Origin: an uncultured Gemmatimonadota bacterium
Lineage (GTDB): Bacteria; Gemmatimonadota; CAZMKB01
Direction: 5' to 3'
NCBI GenBank assembly: GCA_964654825.1
Contig: CAZZKG010000014.1
Location: 1,416 to 65,415, forward strand
DNA length: 64,000 nucleotides
The position numbers and the translations under genes were made by a program. The notes beneath the pieces were generated by a model. It made no database searches, was not told the origin of the DNA, and saw only the letters and a list, made by a program, of their open reading frames with translations. Positions 19,344 to 29,241 of this stretch are shown in pieces (position 1 is the first letter of the stretch; every line of letters begins with the position of its first letter).

Positions 19344-20511
19344 AAACCTCTGCCCTCTTCAGACACCTCTCGACTTCAGCTTTAAATTTTTCCCTGAAGA
19401 CCTCCGGCCGGAATCCCAGCGCCATATCTCTCAGTGAACGGGGGTCGAATTTGGAACCTTCGATGAGATCCATTCCATTAATAATAGCCGAAACATCTTC
19501 TTTTGGAAAGAGCACCCCGCCGCTTACACGGACAGGATCGGTGAACAACGGTACTCCACGCCCCGCTTCTACGAGGTGATCACTCTCCCCCGGGCCGGTG
19601 ATCGTTTCGAGCACCCCTCCCCTTCCATAGGCCAGGACCGGCCTCCCGCAGGCAAGCGCCTCGAGGGGGACTATCCCGAAATCCTCTTCTCCCGGGAAGA
19701 TGATTGCCCTCGCCTTCGCAAGACACTTCACGAGCTCTCTGTGTTCGAGCCACCCCAGAAACCTAATGGATCGGCTCGCCCCGACCAGTTTCTTCAGCCG
19801 TTTCTCATCCTGACCCGTGCCGATGAGGTACAGGGTCCGGCCGCTTCTCCTGCATGCCTCGATGGCCAGGTCGGCACGCTTGTAAGGCGCGAATGATCCG
19901 AGGTAGAGATAGTAGTCTTTGACGTCTTCATCGATGTAAAAATCCCGCACCTCAACCGGAGGGTAGACGACAGTCGAATTCCTGCGGTAGAACTTGGTTA
20001 CCCTCCTCTTCACATGCAGGGAATCCGTAATAAAATGATCAACCCTGTGTGATGAAGCCGCGTCCCAGGTCCGAAGTGCTGAGAGCACAGGTGCGAGTAA
20101 AGCTTTGAACGGCCGGCTCATTCTGTCAGCCCCGAAATATTCATCACCCAGCACCCAGGCGTACCTCATGGGTGTCAGAACGTAGGATATGTGAGGACAG
20201 TAGGGCGGAGTGATGACCCCCTTCGCGGCACAGTGACTGATGGAGATTACGAGATCGTAGCCCCTCAGATCGAACGCTTCGACGGCAAACGGGTACAGAG
20301 GCAGATAGTACCGGTAAAACCTGTCCTTCAGTGGGAATCGGTCGAGGAAGGAAGTGTGAACGACCCTTTTCTCGATGTCCGGATGAACCGAACCTCTCTT
20401 CCAGAATATCGTGTAGAGGTGAGCTCCTGGAAAAATGTCGAGCACATGTTTCAGAACCTTCTCCCCTCCCCTCATCCCCGTCAGCCAATCGTGAACTATG
20501 GCAACATTCAC
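19333..20511 (-). CDS. GT4 glycosyltransferase
   Basis: GT-B fold with the C-terminal GT4 motif ...EDFGIVPLEALACGRPVLAYGRGG... . Confidence 0.75.
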   Translation of the reverse strand: MNVAIVHDWLTGMRGGEKVLKHVLDIFPGAHLYTIFWKRGSVHPDIEKRVVHTSFLDRFPLKDRFYRYYLPLYPFAVEAFDLRGYDLVISISHCAAKGVITPPYCPHISYVLTPMRYAWVLGDEYFGADRMSRPFKALLAPVLSALRTWDAASSHRVDHFITDSLHVKRRVTKFYRRNSTVVYPPVEVRDFYIDEDVKDYYLYLGSFAPYKRADLAIEACRRSGRTLYLIGTGQDEKRLKKLVGASRSIRFLGWLEHRELVKCLAKARAIIFPGEEDFGIVPLEALACGRPVLAYGRGGVLETITGPGESDHLVEAGRGVPLFTDPVRVSGGVLFPKEDVSAIINGMDLIEGSKFDPRSLRDMALGFRPEVFREKFKAEVERCLKRAEVFDA

Positions 20512-20514
20512 CTA

Positions 20515-21798
20515 TCACCTGTCCGGTTCGGCTTCAGTGAAAAGAAATTTCCTGAGGAAGTAAACAATATATACACCGCCGAACACCCTGACGGCAAGTG
20601 AGCTGAAGGCGGCCCCGAGCCCCCCGTAAAGCGGAATGAGTACGAGGTTACCGGCGAAATTGATCCCGAGCTGTGCCAGATTGAGATAGGCGAGCAGCTC
20701 GACCCTGTCCAGAGAATAGAGCGCGAGGCTCGCCGGGTTGCATATCACACTCACCAGGAAGCACAGGAGAAGGACCCTGAATATTGGAACGGCATCGATG
20801 AACCGTGCCCCGAACAGGGTACCCACAACAGGCCGTGCGAACAGGAGGAGAGGGACTGCAACGAGGATCGAGAGTGGAGTGAAACGCAGGGTGTCAACAA
20901 CGTACCTTCGGAGCTCGTGCCTGCCCGTCAGTCCCGTTGCCTTCGGGAGAAGAGCCGTGGTGAGTGCGCCGGTGACCAGGGGAAAAAGATAGGCGAGCTG
21001 GCTGGCGCTCGAGTACCTGCCGACCTCTCCGGAACCTGCCATGGCGGTCAGCATGAGAACGTCCAGCCGGATGATGAACATGGTGGCGAATGTCGACACC
21101 ATGACCCATTTCCCGAATCCCATGATCTCTTTGATCACAGCTGTCGTGTCTCCACGAGCACCCATGAATGTCCGCGGGATGAGGGTCATGCCGAGGAGGA
21201 AGGCAATGAACGGCGCAGCGGCGAACGCAATAATGACTGAATCGGGCTCCATTCTACCCAGAAATACGAGGAGGGCGACGAGGATTACCTGTACCGCCCC
21301 CTGGGTCACGGCAACCAGCACGTACCGCCTGAAGCTCTGGTATGTCTGGAGAACTCCGAGAGGGAAATTCGCAAGCAGAATACAGAAGGATCCGCAGAAG
21401 GCAACCAGAAGGGGAAGCGCGAGCTCAACCTTGCCGAACACCCCGGTGGCTATTCGCGGGGCGGCGAGCATCAGCAGCACGAGTACCGGCAGGCCGAGGA
21501 GTAATTTCAGGAGAAAGGTGGTCTTGAATATGAATGCTGTTTTCCCCGGTTCCTTTTCCAGGTATTTGGACCCGTACCGGACGGAGCTCGTGGAGAGGCC
21601 GAAGTCGACCGCCTGAGCCGACAGAGTCATGACCGCCTGGGCCGAGGCTACGATCCCGAAGCCCTCCGGTCCGAGTCCCCTGATGGCGAGAAGGTTCGAC
21701 AGGAAAACGAGTATCGATTTGAACGTGTTGCCGAAGAAGACAGTGGCAACGTCCCTGGCGGTTTTTCCCTTTAACCTCTGGAGGATTTCGTTGTACAT
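20515..21798 (-). CDS. wzx: Polysaccharide flippase (Wzx, MOP superfamily)
   Basis: ~12 predicted TM helices and polysaccharide-biosynthesis-protein family features. Start consistent with MYNEILQRLKGKTARDVATVFFGN. Confidence 0.75.
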   Translation of the reverse strand: MYNEILQRLKGKTARDVATVFFGNTFKSILVFLSNLLAIRGLGPEGFGIVASAQAVMTLSAQAVDFGLSTSSVRYGSKYLEKEPGKTAFIFKTTFLLKLLLGLPVLVLLMLAAPRIATGVFGKVELALPLLVAFCGSFCILLANFPLGVLQTYQSFRRYVLVAVTQGAVQVILVALLVFLGRMEPDSVIIAFAAAPFIAFLLGMTLIPRTFMGARGDTTAVIKEIMGFGKWVMVSTFATMFIIRLDVLMLTAMAGSGEVGRYSSASQLAYLFPLVTGALTTALLPKATGLTGRHELRRYVVDTLRFTPLSILVAVPLLLFARPVVGTLFGARFIDAVPIFRVLLLCFLVSVICNPASLALYSLDRVELLAYLNLAQLGINFAGNLVLIPLYGGLGAAFSSLAVRVFGGVYIVYFLRKFLFTEAEPDR

Positions 21799-23027
21799 GC
21801 CCCCTCACCACCCCCGAGGGAATGATAGAACCGTGAGATGCTGTCCGTATCCCTTGAGACGAACAGCTCCTGTGCCGCCCTCCTGCACTTCTCCCGGATC
21901 TCCGCCTGGTTCACGCGGTATTGTGTAATAAACTCGACGATCCGATCGATATCGTCTCTGATCGTATCGGTACTCATAACGACTCCGAGACCCCTCTGCT
22001 CCACGACTCCACTCGCGTCCCCGACTCCCTCTGAGATTATAACGGGCAATCCGCACGCAAGGTACTCGGGGAACTTGCGAGGGGATGCCACCCTGCTCAT
22101 CTCGTTCGCATCTCTGAGGAGCACACCCAGGTCTCCCATGGCAAGGTACTGCGGCATGTCGTCAAAATCGAGCCTCATGGGGGCAACGTTACCGCGAAAG
22201 GAGCCGTGTTCTCTGAGGAACTCCTTCAGACCTTTCTGGTGCAAAGTGAAGAGGAGGAGATACGCATCAGGCACACTGTCGAGAACACCCCTGAACAAAC
22301 GGGCAATCGCACCGGGGCATTGATGGGGCATGAGACTTCCCGAGTGAATCAGGATCAGCCTGTCATCGATTCCGAAAAGATTTCGGTAGTAATTCCGGCT
22401 CTCCGGCCTCGGTCTGAACGAGGCTTCGATGGTGTTGGGCTCGACGAGGATTCTCTCCCCGGGATAGGACAGCACTTCCGTGAGACGATCTCTGAACGGC
22501 TGACTCACACACACCACACCGTGGGAATTCACGAGCGCCCGTCTCTCGATCAGTTTGAGGACCATATAGCTGATGCCGCGGAAGAAGACACTCGTCCGGG
22601 AGCGAACATCCTCCGGCACCAGATTGTGATAATCGAGCACAATGGTACAGTGTTTCCGGGCGGTCCTCCCGAGAAGTGGAAGAATGGCGAAGAGATTTTC
22701 TATGTGTATGCGGGCGATCTCGCCCCTCCTGATCATTTTCTTCAGCACCTTCCTCACCCGGTAAATCGCCGTGATAATAAAAAAGTACCTAATGATGAGA
22801 ATGTCGGGCGAAAGGAAAAAATCCAGGCTGTCGAGGTCGAGGGGTATGAGTTTCGACTTGAGCAACTTGAGGTTCGCTCCCCCTCCGACTCCGAAGACGA
22901 TCATGTAGACGGGTCCGAGTTTGCCCAGTTTGGATATCTGGCTTTTCACGCGTTCCCGGTATGCAGCGTCCTTCAGGATGATGTGACTCGAAACGACCAG
23001 AGTGCCGTCATGAGAAGAATCAGGCAA
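21771..23027 (-). CDS. GT4-like glycosyltransferase
   Basis: C-terminal GT4-type motif ...SPRKFPEYLACGLPVIISEGVGD...; first gene of the minus-strand glycan operon. Confidence 0.65.
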   Translation of the reverse strand: MPDSSHDGTLVVSSHIILKDAAYRERVKSQISKLGKLGPVYMIVFGVGGGANLKLLKSKLIPLDLDSLDFFLSPDILIIRYFFIITAIYRVRKVLKKMIRRGEIARIHIENLFAILPLLGRTARKHCTIVLDYHNLVPEDVRSRTSVFFRGISYMVLKLIERRALVNSHGVVCVSQPFRDRLTEVLSYPGERILVEPNTIEASFRPRPESRNYYRNLFGIDDRLILIHSGSLMPHQCPGAIARLFRGVLDSVPDAYLLLFTLHQKGLKEFLREHGSFRGNVAPMRLDFDDMPQYLAMGDLGVLLRDANEMSRVASPRKFPEYLACGLPVIISEGVGDASGVVEQRGLGVVMSTDTIRDDIDRIVEFITQYRVNQAEIREKCRRAAQELFVSRDTDSISRFYHSLGGGEGACTTKSSRG

Positions 23028-23236
23028 AAAGCCTCCTCACCGATTCGGTTCCTTGATTTTCGGCAGTTCCCTTTTGCTCATGGCTGATCATCGAACCCGG
23101 TGGTGATGTGTACGGAAGGTCAAAGTGAATATCCTCGCTGTCTAGTAATAACATGGTGTGTGAATCCTGTCAACTTTTTCCGCGCCGAAGATCTGAGGAG
23201 GATCGCACATCACATATCTTCCCCTGTATGGTGGAC

Positions 23237-23265
23237 TTGACTTTTCTTTCCGGCAGGTGTATTTA
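23237..23265 (+). promoter_or_regulatory. Putative sigma70-type promoter for the plus-strand glycan operon
   Basis: TTGACT-N17-TATTTA in the divergent intergenic region. The first gene (23484) has a strong AAGGAGG RBS. Confidence 0.35.
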
Positions 23266-23483
23266 ATTTAAAACCGTTTCAGAGGGTTCCGGAGGAGCAT
23301 TTCCGACAGACCGGGACAGCCAGAAGTATATCACGTACCGGGTTTCGGTGTCCGGATGTTTCGATTGCTCGTTGGGCCTGATTCACTCCATTTCAGTAAT
23401 CTCACACGGCCTCGACAGGCTCTCCTTCAAACGTTATCCTGAAGACGGGCCTTATATATGCCACGTTCTAAAAGGAGGAATAG

Positions 23484-24608
23484 ATGGACAAGCGAAAACT
23501 GTTTTTCACACTCCTCATGTTCATCTTGTCTTCTTCGACCATGTTCGGTCAGGGTTCGAAGCGGATCGTTCTGAACCACTTCATCGCCGATCCCGACCAG
23601 CGTACCCGGGTGTACATCACTGATGCCGATGGCGTCGGCCAGGATGTCACACTGACCTTCTACGGTGAGACCGGGGACATCATCGGTCAGAAGAGGATGA
23701 GCCTTCCCTCGAATGGGACTGTCGTCGTCAACCCTTTTGATGTCATCAAGAGACGTGCATACGGAAAAGCGGTAGCTGAAGCCAGTTCCAGGATAATTGG
23801 AGAGTACTGGCAGATCGTCGAGACAGAAAAAGCCGGATACTCCGTCGCGGTCCCTCTCCAACCTGCTCTGGGACATGACAGGCTTCTCGTCCAGCATTTC
23901 GTGTCCGATCCGGATCTGACATCGAACATTTATATTTCCGACACCCGCGGGAAGGGAGACATCCCGGTCGAAATCGCGTTTTTCGATGAGAGTTCCAATC
24001 TGCTCTCCAAGATCAACCGGACCATCCCCTCGAACGGGAGTCTGACCATTAAACCCTGGAGTGTGCTTCAGAAAAAGGTTGTCGGTTCCGCTCACATCAC
24101 AACTAAAGGCGGACCGATCGTCGGTGAGTACTGGCAGATCGTGAGTGGGAAGTTTGAGGACCCGAAAAAGGGTAAGAAACGATTCATGAATTATGCCGTG
24201 GCGGTCTCCCTCGACGGAATAATTGATACTCCTCTGAAGATTGTCGAGACTCCGACCGAGATCCGGCTGACACTGGAAGTACACTTCGATGTGGACAAGG
24301 CGGACATACGGGATGTGGACAAACCGAACCTCGAAGAAGCCTCCAAGATCATCAAGCGTTACTTCTCCGATGGGGAGGTTGTGATGGTGGAGGGTCACAC
24401 CGACGAGACTGGAGAAGCCGACTACAACCTGAAGCTCAGTCAGCAGAGAGCCAACACAGTGGAGGGTTATCTCGTGTCGAGTCTCGGCTTGAGTAACGAT
24501 CAGCTCAAAGCTATAGGGTATGGTGAAACGAGACCGGTTGTACCGGGAGCTACCGGTGCGGCAGGGCAGGTGAACCGCAGGGTAGTGTTCAGTATTCCGA
24601 AGATCTGA
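23484..24608 (+). CDS. Secreted OmpA-family protein with two N-terminal copies of an unrecognised ~90-aa repeat ending in GEYWQIV
   Basis: Signal peptide. Repeats at ~27-113 and ~134-220. C-terminal OmpA domain VEGHTDETGEADYNLKLSQQRANTVEGYL...GYGETRPV...NRRVVF. Confidence 0.7.
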   Translation: MDKRKLFFTLLMFILSSSTMFGQGSKRIVLNHFIADPDQRTRVYITDADGVGQDVTLTFYGETGDIIGQKRMSLPSNGTVVVNPFDVIKRRAYGKAVAEASSRIIGEYWQIVETEKAGYSVAVPLQPALGHDRLLVQHFVSDPDLTSNIYISDTRGKGDIPVEIAFFDESSNLLSKINRTIPSNGSLTIKPWSVLQKKVVGSAHITTKGGPIVGEYWQIVSGKFEDPKKGKKRFMNYAVAVSLDGIIDTPLKIVETPTEIRLTLEVHFDVDKADIRDVDKPNLEEASKIIKRYFSDGEVVMVEGHTDETGEADYNLKLSQQRANTVEGYLVSSLGLSNDQLKAIGYGETRPVVPGATGAAGQVNRRVVFSIPKI

Positions 24609-24621
24609 GGAGGGTATCACG

Positions 24622-25386
24622 ATGAGAAACTGGAAATATCTCATACCATTGATTTTGTTTTTGATCTCTACCACACCGATTCTGGCTCAGGATTACGGAA
24701 AACTCGTGCTCAATCACATCGTGTCGGATCCCAACCAGGTGACGCGGATATACGTGACCGACTTCGAGGGTGTGGCACCCGAGGTGACTGTTACGTTTTA
24801 CTCGGAGGCGGGAGACATTATCGGACAGAGGACAATGTCGATCCCGAGAAACGGCACCGTACCGGTAAAACCTCACGACATACTGCAGCGAGCGGTCGTC
24901 GGAAACGTGCGGGTTGACGGGCACGGGGCTCACATCGCCTGCGAGTACTGGCAGATCATCGAGGATAAAAAGAATGACTTCTCCTATTCGATCGGGGTAC
25001 CCGGACAGGCGGCGGGAGGCCACCACAACCTCATCGTACAGCACTTCGTTGCGGATCCCGACCTCAACACGATCATCTTCCTCACCAATCCCGATGACGG
25101 ATCTTCCGCCGGCGTGTCACTCGAATTCCATGACGAGAGCGGCGGTGTTCTGGCAAAAGTGGAGAGGACCATCGACGCGAACGCGACCCTCGTCCTCAAA
25201 CCTTATGACGTCCTAAAGAAAAAAGCATACGGGAATGTCCACATAAAATCGTCCGGCGCAGCGGTGACCGGGGAATACTGGCAGCTCGTGGATGTCAAAA
25301 GAAAGGACGAGAAGACCGGCAAGAAAAAAGTGGAGAAATATGGAGTGGCGATACCACTTCAGTCTCTAACGCTCTTCGGTAAATAA
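24622..25386 (+). CDS. Secreted paralog of the upstream gene: two copies of the same ~90-aa repeat, no OmpA domain
   Basis: Signal peptide. Repeats KLVLNHIVSDPNQVTRIYVTD...CEYWQIIE and NLIVQHFVADPDLNTIIFLTN...GEYWQLVD. Confidence 0.7.
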   Translation: MRNWKYLIPLILFLISTTPILAQDYGKLVLNHIVSDPNQVTRIYVTDFEGVAPEVTVTFYSEAGDIIGQRTMSIPRNGTVPVKPHDILQRAVVGNVRVDGHGAHIACEYWQIIEDKKNDFSYSIGVPGQAAGGHHNLIVQHFVADPDLNTIIFLTNPDDGSSAGVSLEFHDESGGVLAKVERTIDANATLVLKPYDVLKKKAYGNVHIKSSGAAVTGEYWQLVDVKRKDEKTGKKKVEKYGVAIPLQSLTLFGK

Positions 25387-25453
25387 GGGAACCGGCTCAC
25401 TTCAATCATGAGAGAATAGGGTAGAGAATCTCTACCCTATTTTTTTCCGGATT

Positions 25454-26500
25454 ATGAAAATTATCATGGTAACCCAGTTCTTCCATCCCCACATCGGGGG
25501 GATCGAGAGGCACGTGCTCCACGTTGCGAAGGATCTGATCGAACGGGAAGACGAGGTACGCATCATCACCTGGAGATACGACAACCGGCTCCCCGAAATC
25601 GAAGAGATCGAGGGTGTCAATGTACACAGGATCCTCGATGAGGGCTGGTACGGAGGAACCCTGAGGAGACTGAGGGGGTGGCGCGGGATGTGGGCTTCCA
25701 GGAAAATCTGGATGGATGCGGACGCAATTCATTTTCACGATTACACCCCGCTGATCGAATGGTACCTCCCCTTTCTGGTTTTAAACCGGCGGATTTTCAT
25801 CACTTTTCACGGCTACGAAGGATACCCGATACCGAGGTTCTCCATCCTACTGCGAAGGTTCTCCCATCTCATCACCCGGGATGCCATATGCGCCGGCGAT
25901 TACATTCCCGCGTACTACGGGACCTCGTGCCGGTATGTTACCTATGGCGGTGTCGAGATAGACGCAAGAGGATCACCCGGGGACAGAAGGGACGCTGTCT
26001 TCCTCGGCAGTCTCAGGCGGGACACGGGGATCCTGGGATACATCGAAGCTCTTTCCATCCTGAAGTCGAAGTGGAGTGTCGACCTCGTGCTGAACATTAT
26101 CGGGGATGGTCCACTGAGAGAACAGGTGATTACTCTGGCAGGGGAAAAGGGAGTCCAACTCGAATTCCACGGCCTGAGACCGGATCCCGCTCCTTTCCTT
26201 GCCAGCTCGAGAGTCGCCCTGGTAGATTCCTACCTGGCGATACTGGAGTCGATGGCGATGAGGACCCCGGTGTTCTCATACTATGACAATCCCCTGAAAA
26301 AAGATTATCTCTCCTGTTTTCCGGCCAGCGGGGAAATCATCGGGATCAGAAAGGATCCGGAGAAACTCGCGATGGACCTGCGTGATTATTTCGAGAGACC
26401 TGATACCTTCGAAGAGAGAATCGAGAGGGGTTTCGCCTTCGCACGGGAGCAGACATGGAGGAAAGTGGCGGATCTCTACAGGAACCTGTACGCATCATGA
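25454..26500 (+). CDS. GT4 glycosyltransferase
   Basis: MKIIMVTQFFHPHIGGIERHV... N-terminus and a GT-B C-terminal domain. Confidence 0.75.
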   Translation: MKIIMVTQFFHPHIGGIERHVLHVAKDLIEREDEVRIITWRYDNRLPEIEEIEGVNVHRILDEGWYGGTLRRLRGWRGMWASRKIWMDADAIHFHDYTPLIEWYLPFLVLNRRIFITFHGYEGYPIPRFSILLRRFSHLITRDAICAGDYIPAYYGTSCRYVTYGGVEIDARGSPGDRRDAVFLGSLRRDTGILGYIEALSILKSKWSVDLVLNIIGDGPLREQVITLAGEKGVQLEFHGLRPDPAPFLASSRVALVDSYLAILESMAMRTPVFSYYDNPLKKDYLSCFPASGEIIGIRKDPEKLAMDLRDYFERPDTFEERIERGFAFAREQTWRKVADLYRNLYAS

Positions 26501-26552
26501 AGCTCCATCATACAGTTATCGATCGGTTGTTTCTGCCTCAAAGGAGGTAGTG

Positions 26553-27122
26553 ATGAGGAACTTTCTCCAGAGAACAGCACGGCTCCTCTCGGGACTCGCC
26601 TGGAAGGAGCCATCCTTCAAGCTCAGGGGTCACCATGTCGAGATCACCAGGGACAGCGTCTTCGGCGACAGCGAGAATATCTCCTTCGGGAATTATGTCT
26701 ACATCGGACCGGAGGCGTACTTCTGGGGAGTGGGCGGGATTACGCTCGATGACCATGTCATCATCGGGCCGCGGGTAACGATTGTTTCGTCCAATCACCG
26801 CTACGAGGGAGCCGAGGCGATTCCCTACGACGGTACCACCATCCTCGGGCCTGTCAGAATATGCTCCCACGTATGGGTCGGTGCGGGAACACTCATCGTT
26901 CCCTCTGTAACCGTAGGCGAAGGTGCCGTTATCGCCATGGGTTCCGTCGTGACGAAGAATGTCCCTCCGTGTATGGTTGTCGGCGGAAACCCCGCGGTGA
27001 TCATCAAGGAGCGGGACAGGGAAGCGTACGAGAGACTGAAACGAGAGAGCAGATTTTACCTGGAAATGAAGGCGAGAGGAGAAATAACCTGGAGAAAGGT
27101 CTTTGAGGATGAGATCCGTTAA
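26553..27122 (+). CDS. Left-handed beta-helix (hexapeptide-repeat) O-acetyltransferase
   Basis: Hexapeptide repeats ...IGPRVTIVSSNH..., VWVGAGTLIVPSVTVGEGAVIAMGSVV. Start taken at the Met after an AAAGGAGG RBS; the track's longer 26382 start overlaps the GT4 gene. Confidence 0.75.
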   Translation: MRNFLQRTARLLSGLAWKEPSFKLRGHHVEITRDSVFGDSENISFGNYVYIGPEAYFWGVGGITLDDHVIIGPRVTIVSSNHRYEGAEAIPYDGTTILGPVRICSHVWVGAGTLIVPSVTVGEGAVIAMGSVVTKNVPPCMVVGGNPAVIIKERDREAYERLKRESRFYLEMKARGEITWRKVFEDEIR

Positions 27123-28314
27123 AATCCTCGTTTCGGGATGGTACGGGTGTGAGAACACGGGAGATGACGCCATCCTCGATGGAATAATCGACACCATCAC
27201 ATCGCTTGGGTTCCCCGCGGAGGTAACCGCCCTCACATATGGTCCGATCGAATCCAGGCAGAGTGACACACCTGTTCGGACCCGCCCTCATCTCCCGTCG
27301 GGATTCTCCCGAGGGTTTCTCTCAGCTGTAAACGGATCACTGGCGGTCACGCTCGGCGCTTTCAGGAAAGCGGACCTGCTGCTGCTGGGCGGCGGCGGGT
27401 TTCTGGCCGACTGGCAGAGAGAAGCCCCCTGGCTGTGGCTGAGACAGCTCATCCTGGCAAAAGCGATGGGCGCAAAAACCATGCTCTACGGTCTGGGTGC
27501 CGGACCGTTCCTCACACGGAGAGGCAGAATTCTGACGAGGACGATCATCAACAGGTGTGCTGATCACGTGACGGTCAGAGACGAGCGGTCCCGGCGGTGG
27601 CTGCTCGATATCGGAGTCGAGAAACAGATTACCACAACCGGCGATCCCTCCTTCCGCCTGTCACAGGGCACCGGAGGGGATACCCGCTTCGTGGAGGGGC
27701 TGAAGACCACGGGGGCACCTCTCTTCGGGATCAGCGCGATTCCGCTGTTTACGACTCGAGAGTGGGGATTTCGAACCGACAGGTTTCTCGCACTGAAGCA
27801 AGGGTTGTCGGAACTGGTCGAGTACATAAGCGGCACACTCGGATATTACGTCCTGGGGATACCATTCATGAAGATGGACCGAGAATTCCTGCTGTCCATC
27901 ACTTCATCTCTCAACCGGGAGTCCCGCACCATTCTCGATCCCGGTATCAGTCCCCTGTCACTTCTCCCGGTCTTCGCAAATCTGGAGGCCTTCATCGGCA
28001 TGAGATACCACTCCCTCCTCTTCTCCGCTCTCACCGCCACACCGTTTTTCGGCATCATTTATCATCACAAGGGGAGGGAACTCATCAGGGACCTCGACAT
28101 GGAGCCCTTCTCCCAGGAGGTGGGCGACGGGAAGATGGCTTCTGACAGAGACCTCGAGGTCGACCTGGCAAAAGAGAGCATCGGACGTCTTATCACGGGG
28201 AGTGAGGCGATACGGGAAAAACTGCAGGACCGGACGGGGCACCTGAAGGAACGTGAGCAGGCCAACGGCAGGCTCCTGAAGCGGATTCTGGAGGAGATAG
28301 GACGGTCCCGATGA
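27103..28314 (+). CDS. Polysaccharide pyruvyl transferase (CsaB/WcaK family)
   Basis: KILVSGWYGCENTGDDAIL... N-terminus and ...LLLLGGGGFL... core. Confidence 0.75.
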   Translation: MRMRSVKILVSGWYGCENTGDDAILDGIIDTITSLGFPAEVTALTYGPIESRQSDTPVRTRPHLPSGFSRGFLSAVNGSLAVTLGAFRKADLLLLGGGGFLADWQREAPWLWLRQLILAKAMGAKTMLYGLGAGPFLTRRGRILTRTIINRCADHVTVRDERSRRWLLDIGVEKQITTTGDPSFRLSQGTGGDTRFVEGLKTTGAPLFGISAIPLFTTREWGFRTDRFLALKQGLSELVEYISGTLGYYVLGIPFMKMDREFLLSITSSLNRESRTILDPGISPLSLLPVFANLEAFIGMRYHSLLFSALTATPFFGIIYHHKGRELIRDLDMEPFSQEVGDGKMASDRDLEVDLAKESIGRLITGSEAIREKLQDRTGHLKEREQANGRLLKRILEEIGRSR

Positions 28315-29222
28315 AGGTATCGCTCATCGCCACGGTTCTCAACGAGGAGGGAGGGATCGAGAAATTTATCAAATCGATCCTCTCTCAATCAAGGCTTCCC
28401 GATGAGATCGTTCTGGTCGACGGCGGGTCCACCGACCGGACGGTTTCCCTCATCGAACAACACCTCGCGGGCGATGTCCCCGTCAGACTCATCATCAATC
28501 CGGGATGTAACATCTCAGAGGGAAGAAACCGTGCTGTGCGAGAAGCTTCTTTCGACGTCCTGGCCGTCACCGATGCAGGATGCCTCCTCGAGGCAAGCTG
28601 GCTGGAGGAGATCACCGCCCCGATGGAGAGCAATCCGGCCGTCGATGTCGTGGCAGGTAGCTACCGGGTCTCGGCTCAGAGCAGATGGGAACGGGTAACA
28701 TCAGCGTATCTCATGCCCTGTCCGGACCGCATAAGCCCCGGGATGCCATCAGGCAGGTCGACATGTTTCCGGCGGAGTGCCTGGGAAGCGGCGGGCGGGT
28801 ATCCTGAGTGGCTGCGTCACGCCGAAGACAGCTACTTCGCCCGAGAACTGGCGAGACGGGGTTCGCGTTTTCATTTCGCGCCCGGGGCGATCGTCAGGTG
28901 GAAACCGAGATCGACACCGTGGTCTTTTTTCAAACAGTACTTCCGCTATGCCGTCGGCGACGGGAAATCAGAGTTGTCCACCCGGCACTATTTACTCAAG
29001 ATAATGTTATATCTTTCGGGCCTGATCCTCGCGCTGGCCGGGAAGATCAACGTACTCCTCTTCCTCATCGCTCTCTACGTCATTTTCGTGATGGTCCGCT
29101 ACCTGGTGCGGGGCAAGGAAAGACATCTCCTCTGGATGCTCCCCCCGGTTATTTTTCTCCATGATATTGCCCAGGTGACCGGTTATATTTTCGGTACAAT
29201 CTCCGGGGGATCCGAAACGTGA
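28311..29222 (+). CDS. GT2 glycosyltransferase
   Basis: VSLIATVLNEEGGIEKFIKSILSQ...DEIVLVDGGSTDRT... . Confidence 0.75.
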   Translation: MKVSLIATVLNEEGGIEKFIKSILSQSRLPDEIVLVDGGSTDRTVSLIEQHLAGDVPVRLIINPGCNISEGRNRAVREASFDVLAVTDAGCLLEASWLEEITAPMESNPAVDVVAGSYRVSAQSRWERVTSAYLMPCPDRISPGMPSGRSTCFRRSAWEAAGGYPEWLRHAEDSYFARELARRGSRFHFAPGAIVRWKPRSTPWSFFKQYFRYAVGDGKSELSTRHYLLKIMLYLSGLILALAGKINVLLFLIALYVIFVMVRYLVRGKERHLLWMLPPVIFLHDIAQVTGYIFGTISGGSET

Positions 29223-29241
29223 ACGTGCGCTGGACGGGACG

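Noticed and set aside
26382-26552. Extended N-terminus of the acetyltransferase ORF (track start 26382)
   Set aside because: It overlaps the preceding GT4 gene by 119 nt in another frame. A Met with an AAAGGAGG RBS at ~26553 gives a normal-length LbH protein.
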